Part shown: piece by piece, positions 1 through 9,174 of the stretch | How the letters are laid out: each line of letters begins with the position of its first letter | Position numbering within the stretch: the stretch's first letter is position 1 | DNA from: Fidelibacterota bacterium | Lineage (GTDB): Bacteria; Fidelibacterota; Marinisomatia; Marinisomatales; S15-B10 | Length of the DNA stretch: 64,000 nucleotides | Assembly (NCBI GenBank): GCA_046861655.1 | Contig: JBHIAI010000002.1 | Span: 1-64,000, forward strand | Reading direction: 5' to 3' | Position numbers and translations under genes: made by a program | The notes under the pieces: model-generated | The model's input: the letters and a program-made list of their open reading frames with translations, nothing else | Databases searched by the model: none | Told to the model about the DNA's origin: nothing

Positions 1-2
1 CC

Positions 3-35
3 CTGTGGATCTGGTGGCTCCGCTGCGGAGCCTAA
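3..35 (+). CDS. 3' part of putative tryptophan leader peptide (...LWIWWLRCGA*); start lies upstream of the window
   Basis: Frame 3 reads ctg tgg atc tgg tgg ctc cgc tgc gga gcc taa: three Trp codons within four codons, about 130 nt upstream of a TrpB-family gene. Confidence 0.65.
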   Translation: MWIWWLRCGA

Positions 36-83
36 TACGTACCCTCTGCGTCTTCAGACGTTTCTGACCTGACACATACTTGC

Positions 84-125
84 TGAATCCCGCCGCCGCA
101 CCGGGATAAGGCCGCGGCGGATTCA
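84..125 (+). promoter_or_regulatory. GC-rich hairpin in trpB2 leader (candidate attenuator structure)
   Basis: TGAATCCCGCCGC...GCGGCGGATTCA imperfect inverted repeat between the Trp-rich ORF and the AAGGAG RBS; no U-tract. Confidence 0.5.
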
Positions 126-162
126 CGGCATAACGCATTCCCAATCAAGGAGAAAAGAAACT

Positions 163-1521
163 ATGGATACAAACATGATCCTCCTGGACCCGAAAAAGTT
201 GCCCACTAGGTGGTATAATCTGGCGGCCGATCTTTCCGAGATCCCTCCTCCGCCCCTTCATCCCGCCACCGGGAAGCCTATCGGACCCGATGATCTGGCA
301 CCTCTGTTTCCTATGGGCTTAATCGCCCAGGAAATGAGCCAGGACCGGTTCATCGATATCCCCGAGGAGGTTTTGTCCGTGTTATCTCTGTACCGGCCCA
401 CACCTCTCATGAGGGCCCGGCGACTGGAAAAGGCCCTAGACACCCCCGCCAGGATCTTCTACAAGTATGAGGGGGTAAGTCCGACCGGAAGCCATAAGCC
501 CAATACGGCCCTGGCCCAGGCCTATTACAACCGGACTGAAGGGGTTAAGCGGTTGGCTACCGAAACAGGGGCGGGACAGTGGGGGAGTGCCCTGGCCTTC
601 GCCTGTGGAATGTTCGAATTGGAATGCAAAGTCTACATGGTCAGGGTGAGTTACGAGCAAAAACCTTACCGGAAGGCGCTCATGAGGTCGTACGGATCGG
701 AAGTGGTGGCGAGTCCCAGTCCTGATACGGAATCGGGGAGGAAAATCCTGGCAGAGTCCCCCTCCAGTCCCGGGAGTCTGGGTATCGCCATTTCGGAAGC
801 TGTGGAGGACGCGAGGGGAAGGGAAGACACCCGCTATTCGCTGGGTTCCGTGTTGAATCACGTTCTCCTTCATCAGACAATCATCGGGCTGGAAGCGGCA
901 GAGCAGATGAAAATGGCAGGGTTATTTCCGGACGTCCTGGTGGGGTGTGTGGGCGGCGGGTCCAACTTCGCCGGTCTCTGCTTTCCCTTTGTCAGGGATA
1001 AGATCAACGGGAAGGATATCGACATTGTGGCCACCGAGCCTTCGGCCTGTCCCACGCTGACCCGTGGTGTATACCGATACGACTTTGGTGACAGCATCGG
1101 CATGACTCCCCTCGTCCCCATGTATACCCTTGGCCATGGCTTTGCCCCTGCACCCATTCATGCCGGGGGTCTCCGGTACCATGGAGATGCACCGTTGCTT
1201 TGCCAGCTGGTCAAGGATGGGATCATCCGGGCTGAGGCGTACGACCAGACGGCCGTATTCGAGGCCGCGGTGCAGTTTGCCCGTTATGAGGGAATCATAT
1301 CCGCGCCGGAGTCGAATCACGCCATCAAGGGGGCCATGGACGCCGCCATCCAGGCCCGGGAGGCAGGGGAAGAGAAGACCATCCTGTTCAATCTGTCCGG
1401 TCACGGTCATTTCGACATGCAGGCCTACGAGGACTTTTTCGAGGGCCATCTGGAGGACAGGCCCCTCGATGAGGAGTCCCTGGAAGAAAGTTTGAAATCT
1501 CTGGAGGTGCTGCCCGGCTGA
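163..1521 (+). CDS. trpB2: TrpB-like PLP enzyme (tryptophan synthase beta, TrpB2 type)
   Basis: [11 protein letters not shown] lysine motif, [29 protein letters not shown]; 452 aa; AAGGAG RBS. Confidence 0.95.
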   Translation: MDTNMILLDPKKLPTRWYNLAADLSEIPPPPLHPATGKPIGPDDLAPLFPMGLIAQEMSQDRFIDIPEEVLSVLSLYRPTPLMRARRLEKALDTPARIFYKYEGVSPTGSHKPNTALAQAYYNRTEGVKRLATETGAGQWGSALAFACGMFELECKVYMVRVSYEQKPYRKALMRSYGSEVVASPSPDTESGRKILAESPSSPGSLGIAISEAVEDARGREDTRYSLGSVLNHVLLHQTIIGLEAAEQMKMAGLFPDVLVGCVGGGSNFAGLCFPFVRDKINGKDIDIVATEPSACPTLTRGVYRYDFGDSIGMTPLVPMYTLGHGFAPAPIHAGGLRYHGDAPLLCQLVKDGIIRAEAYDQTAVFEAAVQFARYEGIISAPESNHAIKGAMDAAIQAREAGEEKTILFNLSGHGHFDMQAYEDFFEGHLEDRPLDEESLEESLKSLEVLPG

Positions 1522-1527
1522 GGGGAT

Positions 1528-1710
1528 CTATTGCTGGAGCCTGTGGAGGAAGTCGCGAAACGCCCTTTCGGAGATTAGCCAGCGCCTGCCGAGTTTGAAC
1601 CCTTCGAGACGGCCGCTCTTCAGGTACCGGCGTACCGTTTTTTCGTTGAGGCTCAACTCCTTCGCGATTTCCTCCACGTAATAGAACTTTACGTCCACAA
1701 TCTCCTTCAT
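1528..1710 (-). CDS. Excisionase-like helix-turn-helix DNA-binding protein (HTH_17)
   Basis: YYVEEIAKELSLNEKTVRRYLKSGRLEGFKLGRRWLI pattern; ATGA overlap with upstream gene. Confidence 0.8.
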   Translation of the reverse strand: MKEIVDVKFYYVEEIAKELSLNEKTVRRYLKSGRLEGFKLGRRWLISERAFRDFLHRLQQ

Positions 1711-1982
1711 TGCATTTTCCTTGCCTTGGCGGCATCGCGTTTTCTCTGTAGGTCAGGAGGCAGCGGCCGAACCCTCTTGTCCTGGAAGAATTCCTTAAGA
1801 GCCTGTTCCACCGTGCTGGAAATGGTGGCGTGGGGAGTCCAGTGGGCATAGGCCTGGACTGTGTCGATAAGGTCCGGATCGAGCCAGTAGGTCATTCGTT
1901 CCTTCCTCTCCGGGGATTTCCCCCGTTTTCCCCTGGTGACAAAGTTTCTTTCTTCGAAGGAAAACTCCTTAAACTTGCCCAT
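1707..1982 (-). CDS. Small ribbon-helix-helix-like protein, probable ParA partner (ParG/CopG-like)
   Basis: Flexible basic N-terminus then RMTYWLDPDLIDTVQAYA...ISSTVEQALKEFF (beta-helix-helix); directly downstream of parA; GGAGGT RBS. Confidence 0.6.
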   Translation of the reverse strand: MGKFKEFSFEERNFVTRGKRGKSPERKERMTYWLDPDLIDTVQAYAHWTPHATISSTVEQALKEFFQDKRVRPLPPDLQRKRDAAKARKMQ

Positions 1983-1995
1983 AGATCACCTCCTC

Positions 1996-2766
1996 TCAGG
2001 TCTGCCTCAATACTTCCTTTGCTAAGGAAAGAAAATCCGCAGCCCCCGGACTCTTAGAGCGGTAGGAAAGAACGTCCTTATGCTGAGCGGCGGCCTCGGT
2101 TATGGCCACGGTATTGCGGATCACCGTCTCAAAGACAAGGTTGCCGAAGTGTTCTCGAATGATCTGTGAACCCTCGGCCGAGATTTTACGTCGGGTGTTG
2201 TACAGAGAAAGGATAATACCGGCCGGCCGCACCCGCCGGGTCTCATTGCGCAAATCATCCACGAGATCCATAAGACTGGCCACGTTTCGCATGGATAGAT
2301 ACTCGGCCTGCAAGGGGAGAAAAAATTCACCCGTGGCAATCAGGGCGCACTGGGTCAGGTATCCCAGGGAGGGGGGACAATCGAGGAACACGAAATCGAA
2401 GTCGTTGAGGTCCTTCAGGCTTGTGCGCAGGAGGGTCCGGTCCCGTCGATGGCTCTCGAAACGCATGAGCCGGTGGTCGGCAGGAATGATATGGAGGCCG
2501 GGGCCGGCTTTTTGGACCGCAGAGGACCATGAGACATGGCCCGACATGACGTCGTAAATGGTAGGCCTTTCTCCGAACGTGTCCGTGACGAACGATAAGT
2601 TGGACTGGGGGTCCATATCGATCATGAGGACGGAATTGTACGTCCACCGATGGACCGGAAGCCCCGGGTCCCGGTGCCTGAGCCGCCTCAAAGCCGCCGA
2701 GAGATTGTGCACCGTGGTGGTCTTCCCGGTACCTCCCTTGGTGGACACAATACTGATGGTTCTCAC
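1996..2766 (-). CDS. parA: ParA/Soj family ATPase
   Basis: Deviant Walker A KGGTGKTT, IDMDPQSN, DCPPSLG, IRNTVAITEA. Confidence 0.92.
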   Translation of the reverse strand: MRTISIVSTKGGTGKTTTVHNLSAALRRLRHRDPGLPVHRWTYNSVLMIDMDPQSNLSFVTDTFGERPTIYDVMSGHVSWSSAVQKAGPGLHIIPADHRLMRFESHRRDRTLLRTSLKDLNDFDFVFLDCPPSLGYLTQCALIATGEFFLPLQAEYLSMRNVASLMDLVDDLRNETRRVRPAGIILSLYNTRRKISAEGSQIIREHFGNLVFETVIRNTVAITEAAAQHKDVLSYRSKSPGAADFLSLAKEVLRQT

Positions 2767-3703
2767 GAGATGCCACCCCGGGGGACTCTGGGTGGAGACC
2801 TGTCCTGATTTGTCCGAAAGGTTAGGGTAATCATCGGTTCAACGAAGGTCGTTCCCAGCACTGCCGGCCGCACATAAACCCGTTCCCACGCACCTTTGGA
2901 AGGGTCGTTAGGCCGATTCTGAAGATGCTACAGGAGGTAAGCGGCGGTCTCAGTATTCCCATGACACGGTTGCACAAATGGGCGACGCAGGAGCTACGAG
3001 GACTCGCCGATTGCACGCTTGATTGCTCTAAACTGTCGGGCTCTCGAAAAGTACGTTTAAGACGTTTAAGTCGGCGAGCCCTATGTCATGAATTCCGGCC
3101 ACCGGCCGGTTCCTTCACGACGAAAGATAATCGATCCTGCCGTGTAAGTCAAGCAAAGGGATACAAAAACGGCCGCTGAATAAATGAGGGCCGGCGGTGA
3201 GTCATCCCGCGGACCCTTTTCGAAGGACAGGCGGACAGGAGGTTGGTCCATGACCCGGGTGAGAGGGGACCCTGGTGTGCCTATTTTGGGGCCACAGCGG
3301 TGTCCTAGAGCGGTCACCCGGTCTGGAAACCTTGTGTGGGTGTGGAGAAGGGCCTGCGGGTGTTGCCATGGGAATCGTATTCGTGAGAAGTAGTAAAGAT
3401 ATTATGTCGACTACTCTAGGGGATGATAGGGGTTTTTCTGACGGGAATCGACGACGTTTTGCCCGCTTGGTTGAACGGGATGACGGTGGCAAGAGGGGGT
3501 TCTGACAGACGAGGACGAGAAATCATCAGGACGTGGGGACGGAATGAAGGGTGAACAGGATGGCATTGACGGCCATGTAGACATAACGTGGAGGAGTCAC
3601 AACATGCAGGTGGACGGTCATGAGGACGGGGAAACGGGGATTGTGCGGGTGCGTGCAGGTTTTAGGAATGCTTGATGTGGGGTTTTTTTGTAATTTTGGA
3701 CCG

Positions 3704-4609
3704 ATGGGTCTTCCGAACTTTCTTGTGGTGGGTGCTGCCAAGAGTGGAACGACGGCGTTTTGCACGTTTTTGGGGCAACATCCGGAGGTTTTCATCCCTG
3801 TGATCAAGGAACCGAAGTTTTTCACTTCTCAGTTCATGGATGATCCGCTGACGGGCAGGGGAGACAGGTTGATTCAGGAGGTACAGGTGCGGGCGTTCTC
3901 TGCGTACCGGGGCCTTTTCCGGAAAGCGGAAGGGTTAAAGGCGGTTGGAGAAGCCAGCGCAGACATGCTGTATTTCTACCGCAGAACGATCCCGCTTATC
4001 AAGGAGTATCTGGGTGACGTTAGAATTCTGATCCTGTTAAGAAACCCAGTGGAGAGGGCCTTTTCGGCGTACAAGCAGCTTGTGAGAGATGGTAGGGAGT
4101 GGCTTTCCTTTCGTGAGGCCCTGATGAGAGAGGAGGACCGGCGGCGGGAAAACTATGAGTACATGTGGCATTACACGCGAGTGGGGTTTTACCATAAGCA
4201 GGTGAAGGCCTATTTGGACAACTTCAGGCGGGGGAAAGTCATTCTATTTGATGATCTTGTGCGGGATCCCCGGGGCTGTCTTGAGGAAACGTTCCGGTTT
4301 CTGGGGGTGGACCCGACGGTGTCACTCGAAATAGACAGAAGGATTAACGTGTCCCGAGTTCCTGATGGGGGCATCATGAGGTCTGTGTTTCGATTGGGTC
4401 CCGTGAAGGTGTGGCTTTATAGAATGTTGGTTACGAGTGGAATAGGGGACAGAAGGATATTTCGTTGGGTGGACAGGTTCCGTGGCTATCGGATCAGGAA
4501 GCTCAGGATGAAAGCGGAAACGCGTTCACGGTTGCAGGCCTTGTACCGGAAGGATATCGTAAACCTCGAGGGATTGTTAGGACGGGATTTATCAGGATGG
4601 TTGGAGTAA
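3704..4609 (+). CDS. Sulfotransferase family protein
   Basis: PNFLVVGAAKSGTT PAPS-binding loop, KEPKFF, GEAS, LRNPVERAFS; start refined to MGLPNF. Confidence 0.9.
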   Translation: MGLPNFLVVGAAKSGTTAFCTFLGQHPEVFIPVIKEPKFFTSQFMDDPLTGRGDRLIQEVQVRAFSAYRGLFRKAEGLKAVGEASADMLYFYRRTIPLIKEYLGDVRILILLRNPVERAFSAYKQLVRDGREWLSFREALMREEDRRRENYEYMWHYTRVGFYHKQVKAYLDNFRRGKVILFDDLVRDPRGCLEETFRFLGVDPTVSLEIDRRINVSRVPDGGIMRSVFRLGPVKVWLYRMLVTSGIGDRRIFRWVDRFRGYRIRKLRMKAETRSRLQALYRKDIVNLEGLLGRDLSGWLE

Positions 4610-5767
4610 CGGATTCCGTTCAACGATGTAGAGGTACCGCTGTTTGACTTCCTGGGCCACCGTTTCCCAGGATCTGTAGAGTGTGTTGCTGGCCTCCTCT
4701 CCTGCCCGACGGATGTCCCCCCTGTTTGCAAGGAGTGTTTTGATTTTTCTGCCGTATGCCTCGGGTGTGTGGTCGCAAAGAAATCCGTTCCGGCTGTCGA
4801 TGATTCCCTCTGCGGCCGTGGCTCCCTTTAAGAGGACAGAGGGGACTTTGAGTGCGGCGGCCTCCCTTACCACCAGGCCGGAAGTATCATACTGGGATGG
4901 AAAAAGGAAAAGATCGGCCCGGGCATAGTAGGCCTTGAGTGTTTCACGATCGGAGATAACGCCCGTAAACTTTACGCGTGAACGTAGGCCCAGTTTTCTC
5001 ACCAATGAGACCAGCCTTCTTCTGGCGTACCCTTCCCCTACGAAGACCATGACAAAGGGGGTGTTCGTATTGTTAAGCCAGTTGAGAGCTTTCAGGATAA
5101 AGGTGAGGTTCTTCTCCCAGGCGAGCTGGCCCACATACAGGAGGACATTGTCGTCCTCCTTAGCTCCCAGGTAATCCCCCGCTTTTTGCCTGTAGGAAGC
5201 GATGCCCTGGGGAGTTTCCATGTCCACTCCGTTAGGGACGACTTTTACGTCTCCCCTGTAGCCATATTCTCTCAGGGTGGCGATGGCGGATTCGGTGGGT
5301 ATCCACACCTCATCGGCTTGATGGAAGAATTCGACAATACGTTTGATCTTGTAGGTGACCACTGTCTTGATGCGCAAGGATCTCTGAAGGTTGTCCTTCA
5401 ATTTTGAATGGAAGGTCGCTACGAGGGGGATTTGCCTTTTTCGGGCGATTCTCAGTGCCAGGCTGGCTGCTGAAAAGGGAGAATGACAGTGAACAAGGTC
5501 GAAACGATGTTGTTTGATCCGGACATGAAAGGGGATATCTGCAGCCGGGATGCCGAGCCTGTAGGGCCTGCGGTGCGGGATAGGGATGGAAAGGTAGCGG
5601 AGGACGGGAAACTCGTCCCGGTCGCGGTATCCGGGGAATTCAGGAGTGATGACGGAACACGGTCCGAGAATGCGGTTCAGCCAGTAGGCGTAGTTCCTGA
5701 CGGCCACGGAGACGCCGTCCATGATCGGTGCGTAGGAATCGTTGAATTGTCCGGTGGAAAGCCTCAT
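4592..5767 (-). CDS. Glycosyltransferase family 4 (diacylglycerol glucosyltransferase-like)
   Basis: FNDSYAPIMDGV, HCHSPF, YVGQLAWEKN, FPSQYDTSGLVVREAAA. Confidence 0.9.
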   Translation of the reverse strand: MRLSTGQFNDSYAPIMDGVSVAVRNYAYWLNRILGPCSVITPEFPGYRDRDEFPVLRYLSIPIPHRRPYRLGIPAADIPFHVRIKQHRFDLVHCHSPFSAASLALRIARKRQIPLVATFHSKLKDNLQRSLRIKTVVTYKIKRIVEFFHQADEVWIPTESAIATLREYGYRGDVKVVPNGVDMETPQGIASYRQKAGDYLGAKEDDNVLLYVGQLAWEKNLTFILKALNWLNNTNTPFVMVFVGEGYARRRLVSLVRKLGLRSRVKFTGVISDRETLKAYYARADLFLFPSQYDTSGLVVREAAALKVPSVLLKGATAAEGIIDSRNGFLCDHTPEAYGRKIKTLLANRGDIRRAGEEASNTLYRSWETVAQEVKQRYLYIVERNPLLQPS

Positions 5768-5932
5768 TTGTCGAAGTATTCATACAGGCGGCACCAAAGT
5801 CAAGAGCTAAGTAACCGTTCAGTCTCCCTTAGCCCATAGAAACACGACAGAGTTTCTCCTTCAGTTTGACGACGAACGCGTTCCTGGGAAACTGTGGGAT
5901 CTGATGTGTGGCACCGGGTGTTCCGGCGCCGG

Positions 5933-8029
5933 CTACCGGAGAATCATGAGTTTCTTGATCACCGAGGAGCCTTCGGGCGTCTGGATATGAGCGATGTACA
6001 CGCCGCTTACGACCACCTGCCGGGAGGAGGTCACCGAGTTCCAGGCTTCGTCGCCGCTGCCGTCGGTGTGTTGAATGGTTCTGATGAGATCGCCTCGTTC
6101 GGTGAATATCCTGATGGTGCAGACGGGGGGCAAGTTGTAGAACATGATGCGATCGGGGTCGCTCTCTCCGAACTGAAACTCCCGGGCTCTTATGTTAAAT
6201 GGATTCGGGACGATTCTGATCGCCTCGAGCGTTTCTCCCGGGGCTCGCCTCAGGAAGGCGGGCTCGCTGGTCATCGTGAAGAACTTGCTGCTTACCAGCG
6301 GAAGTCCAGGTCGGATCTCATTGGCTTGTCCGTCGTCGAAACTTACCACATAGTAATAGTAGTTAAACCCCCTCACCGCCGACCTGTCCTCGTATTCGCG
6401 AGCGATCGGATTCCCGGTGCCCTCCCCGCATTCGTAAAGAAGGTCATACGTTGAATCGGGGACATGAATGGCCCGGTAGATCTGGTAACCCACAGCGGGA
6501 TTCACGGGATCGTATTCGGCGTTGTCTGCCCATCTCAGGGTAATGCGATCGCCGCCCGAGACCACCTCGAACAATTCCGGGGGCGGGGGTGGTTGGGGAA
6601 TGTCGAAACCAGAGTCGTAATTGTCCATGGCCCGTTCGAACGTTCTGAATAACGAATCCTGGCTGGTGTAAACCCATGCATTCTTGTACTGATTTCCGTC
6701 CGTGGTCGTGGAACCGTCAGGGAGGGTAAAAGTCAGGCTTTCCCCTTTGAACCATCTGAGCCATTTGGCGCCGATTTCATAGACTTCCCTTCTGCCCAGG
6801 CCAGCCACGCCCTCGGCCAGGACGATGTGAATGCTGTCACCGGGTTCAAGAGTGTATGGACCAAATCCCTGTCCGTGTGAATACCCGCCTGGATTGCCTG
6901 GATCGCCAGCTTTTACGTAGGTGTTGGCGGGAGCCCCGCAGTCAATCGGGGTGGGGCAGCCAATATCCTCCCCGTGTCTTTTCAGGGGGTGTCCCGCGGT
7001 CATGGCTGCGTACTCCTCACCCATCTGTGTATCGTTAAACTGGCTGTTGCCAGATGTGATCTTCAAATCGGACTGGAGGTACATGGTGGTGGAAGGTTGA
7101 TCCGGGTCGTCCGTTTTGTCCGATGCCGATCGATCCGCATGGAGGGTCATGACCCCAACGTACTGAGCGGCGGCCAGGTGTCCGTCCGAGGTTGCCCAGG
7201 GTCCCCCGATGGAATTGAAATTTGCCTGGGAGTGAAGTCCCAGCCACGCGAACTGGACCCTAAAAGGATCTCCCGTTTCGGGATGTTGAAATACGGCGTC
7301 ATTGACGGTGCTGTGTCCCCAACCCATGGATTGTGGCATGGCGCCCCCATGGTAGTGCCTGGCCTCCTTGGTTGGGGAATAACGGTATTGAAAAAAGAAA
7401 ACCACATCGGTGAGAGTCTGCGAGTGTGTGATGCTATTGTCTTTCTTTACGATTCCCGTGTTCTTGAAAACATAGTCATAAATGAAATAGTTATCATGAT
7501 TCTGATTGGTGAATGCGTAAATCTTCCGGGTGAGGGTAATGCCGATGCCCGTATGGACGACATTGTAGATCATTCTGTCGGCTTTCAGTGCCGGATCCAC
7601 TTCGTCCACTTCATCATCCCCGTACATCATTCTCGACCCCGGAATATTATCAACGAAAACAGTGGGGTGGTCAAAACGGCCCACCATCTTGAATTCCACC
7701 GGGATCATTTCGTCAATATCATCAAGAACCCTCGGTCCCACATGAACGACCTTGAAGGGGAAGGTCTTACCGATGAGAGGGTCGTAGTAGTTGGTGGAGC
7801 CAATCCAGAGAGCTTTGGCCGCCACCGTATCCTGGTACCGGTACTGAGCGGGCCACCTCAAGCCATCCTGCTGACTGTAGATTCGACCCACTTCCCTTTC
7901 CCCGCCTGCGCTGGAATACCAGCTGTGAAGATTCCCTACGCCCAGCCACTTGGTTTCGTCCCCGAGGGCGGTACTGAGGAAGGCGACAAACAGGAGAAAT
8001 TGAAGGGATTCTTTGACAGTACCTCTCAT
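5933..8029 (-). CDS. Secreted protein with fibronectin-III-like domain and FCB-type C-terminal sorting (T9SS CTD/FlgD-Ig-like) domain
   Basis: Signal peptide, PQPPPPP linker, ITLRW...GYQIYR...YYYYVVSFD Fn3 pattern, C-terminal IRIVPNPF...TIRIFTERGDLIRTI...SGVYI...KKLMILR. Confidence 0.7.
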   Translation of the reverse strand: MRGTVKESLQFLLFVAFLSTALGDETKWLGVGNLHSWYSSAGGEREVGRIYSQQDGLRWPAQYRYQDTVAAKALWIGSTNYYDPLIGKTFPFKVVHVGPRVLDDIDEMIPVEFKMVGRFDHPTVFVDNIPGSRMMYGDDEVDEVDPALKADRMIYNVVHTGIGITLTRKIYAFTNQNHDNYFIYDYVFKNTGIVKKDNSITHSQTLTDVVFFFQYRYSPTKEARHYHGGAMPQSMGWGHSTVNDAVFQHPETGDPFRVQFAWLGLHSQANFNSIGGPWATSDGHLAAAQYVGVMTLHADRSASDKTDDPDQPSTTMYLQSDLKITSGNSQFNDTQMGEEYAAMTAGHPLKRHGEDIGCPTPIDCGAPANTYVKAGDPGNPGGYSHGQGFGPYTLEPGDSIHIVLAEGVAGLGRREVYEIGAKWLRWFKGESLTFTLPDGSTTTDGNQYKNAWVYTSQDSLFRTFERAMDNYDSGFDIPQPPPPPELFEVVSGGDRITLRWADNAEYDPVNPAVGYQIYRAIHVPDSTYDLLYECGEGTGNPIAREYEDRSAVRGFNYYYYVVSFDDGQANEIRPGLPLVSSKFFTMTSEPAFLRRAPGETLEAIRIVPNPFNIRAREFQFGESDPDRIMFYNLPPVCTIRIFTERGDLIRTIQHTDGSGDEAWNSVTSSRQVVVSGVYIAHIQTPEGSSVIKKLMILR

Positions 8030-8194
8030 GGGTGGGCCACTTTGGAGGAAGACTCGGAAATATACCTTTTCAGGACGTAACATTCAATCACTTCACCCGC
8101 GGTTTTTCGGGCCGGACCTGGTCAATCGCAGCCCATTTATCGCTTGATAGTTAAAAGAGGGTGAGGGTAAATTGGCCGGCACTGTTCGATTCGT

Positions 8195-9121
8195 ATGAAA
8201 AAAATACTCCCCCTCTTACTTCCCTTGACCCTCTTTGGCCAGGACGATTCTTATCTTCCTGAGTCCTTCTACGGCGGGGGAGTGGGCTTCAGCCAGATGT
8301 TCCTTTTTGTGGACGTAGGTCAGCTGGAAGGCTTTGAACTTCTGGGAACGGTGACGGATACCCTGGGCGTTACCCGAGGGCTGGGACTGAACACAGGGGA
8401 TTTTTCCGATCCTTTCGTCGTCAATGGCGGGGAAGGATTCTCGAATGTCACCGGCCGGTGGCGGTTGGGCGGCTATGCCGGGGTCGGATCATCATTCATC
8501 AGTGGAAAACCCGCGGTTACCCTGTTCCTGGATGTGAATGAGAACGGTGAATTTGATCTGGGTACCGACAGTTCCCGGGTGGCATACCAGGGCGATTTCG
8601 CCCCCGATCTGCAGGCGAAGGTGTCCATATGGTTCGGGGGGGCCACCGTTGAGTATATTTTTCCTGTATTCAGCGGACTTGAACTGGCGGGCGGAATGTT
8701 GATAGGCCTGGGACGGCTGAATCTTTCGGTTTCCCAGACCTCAGGAAGTCCTGCATGGGAGGAGCAGTTCGGGTCCGTGTTTCAGATTGGGGCCGACGGC
8801 GACTATCCCGTCACCGATGTGAACGGCGATTCCCTGATAAACACGGCTGACATCGCCTATATCGAATCCACGGCCTTTCCCTCTGTGGCAAGGGCCAGGG
8901 CGATGACGTCTCTTACGGGAACCTTCGTGAATTTTCAACCGTATGGTGCGGTGAAGCTCCAGCTCCTGGACAGGGTTGGGCTTCGGATAAGCCTGGGATT
9001 CAATTTTGCGGAGGTGGAAAAGGGGACCTGGGAAACGGAGAACCGGTATCCCATAAGCGATTCTCCGGGCACCCGTTTGAACGGGCTGGCCGTCCGGGCC
9101 ATGCTCTATTTTGGTTTATAG
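8195..9121 (+). CDS. Putative outer-membrane beta-barrel protein with DxDxDG-type Ca-binding loop inserts
   Basis: Signal peptide MKKILPLLLPLTLFG, Gly-rich amphipathic strands, C-terminal LYFGL; DVNENGEFD and DVNGDSLINTADI motifs. Confidence 0.6.
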   Translation: MKKILPLLLPLTLFGQDDSYLPESFYGGGVGFSQMFLFVDVGQLEGFELLGTVTDTLGVTRGLGLNTGDFSDPFVVNGGEGFSNVTGRWRLGGYAGVGSSFISGKPAVTLFLDVNENGEFDLGTDSSRVAYQGDFAPDLQAKVSIWFGGATVEYIFPVFSGLELAGGMLIGLGRLNLSVSQTSGSPAWEEQFGSVFQIGADGDYPVTDVNGDSLINTADIAYIESTAFPSVARARAMTSLTGTFVNFQPYGAVKLQLLDRVGLRISLGFNFAEVEKGTWETENRYPISDSPGTRLNGLAVRAMLYFGL

Positions 9122-9174
9122 TTTCTTGGCGATCGATCCGCGGGGAGGGGGGGTAGTCCTTCGGTAAGACGTTT

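Noticed and set aside
2767..3690. Replication origin next to parA
   Set aside because: No clustered TTATCCACA DnaA boxes or AT-rich unwinding element was seen, and there is no dnaA/dnaN/parB context.
6974..8080. 368-aa + strand ORF
   Set aside because: Antisense shadow of the secreted CTD protein, with no recognisable motifs.
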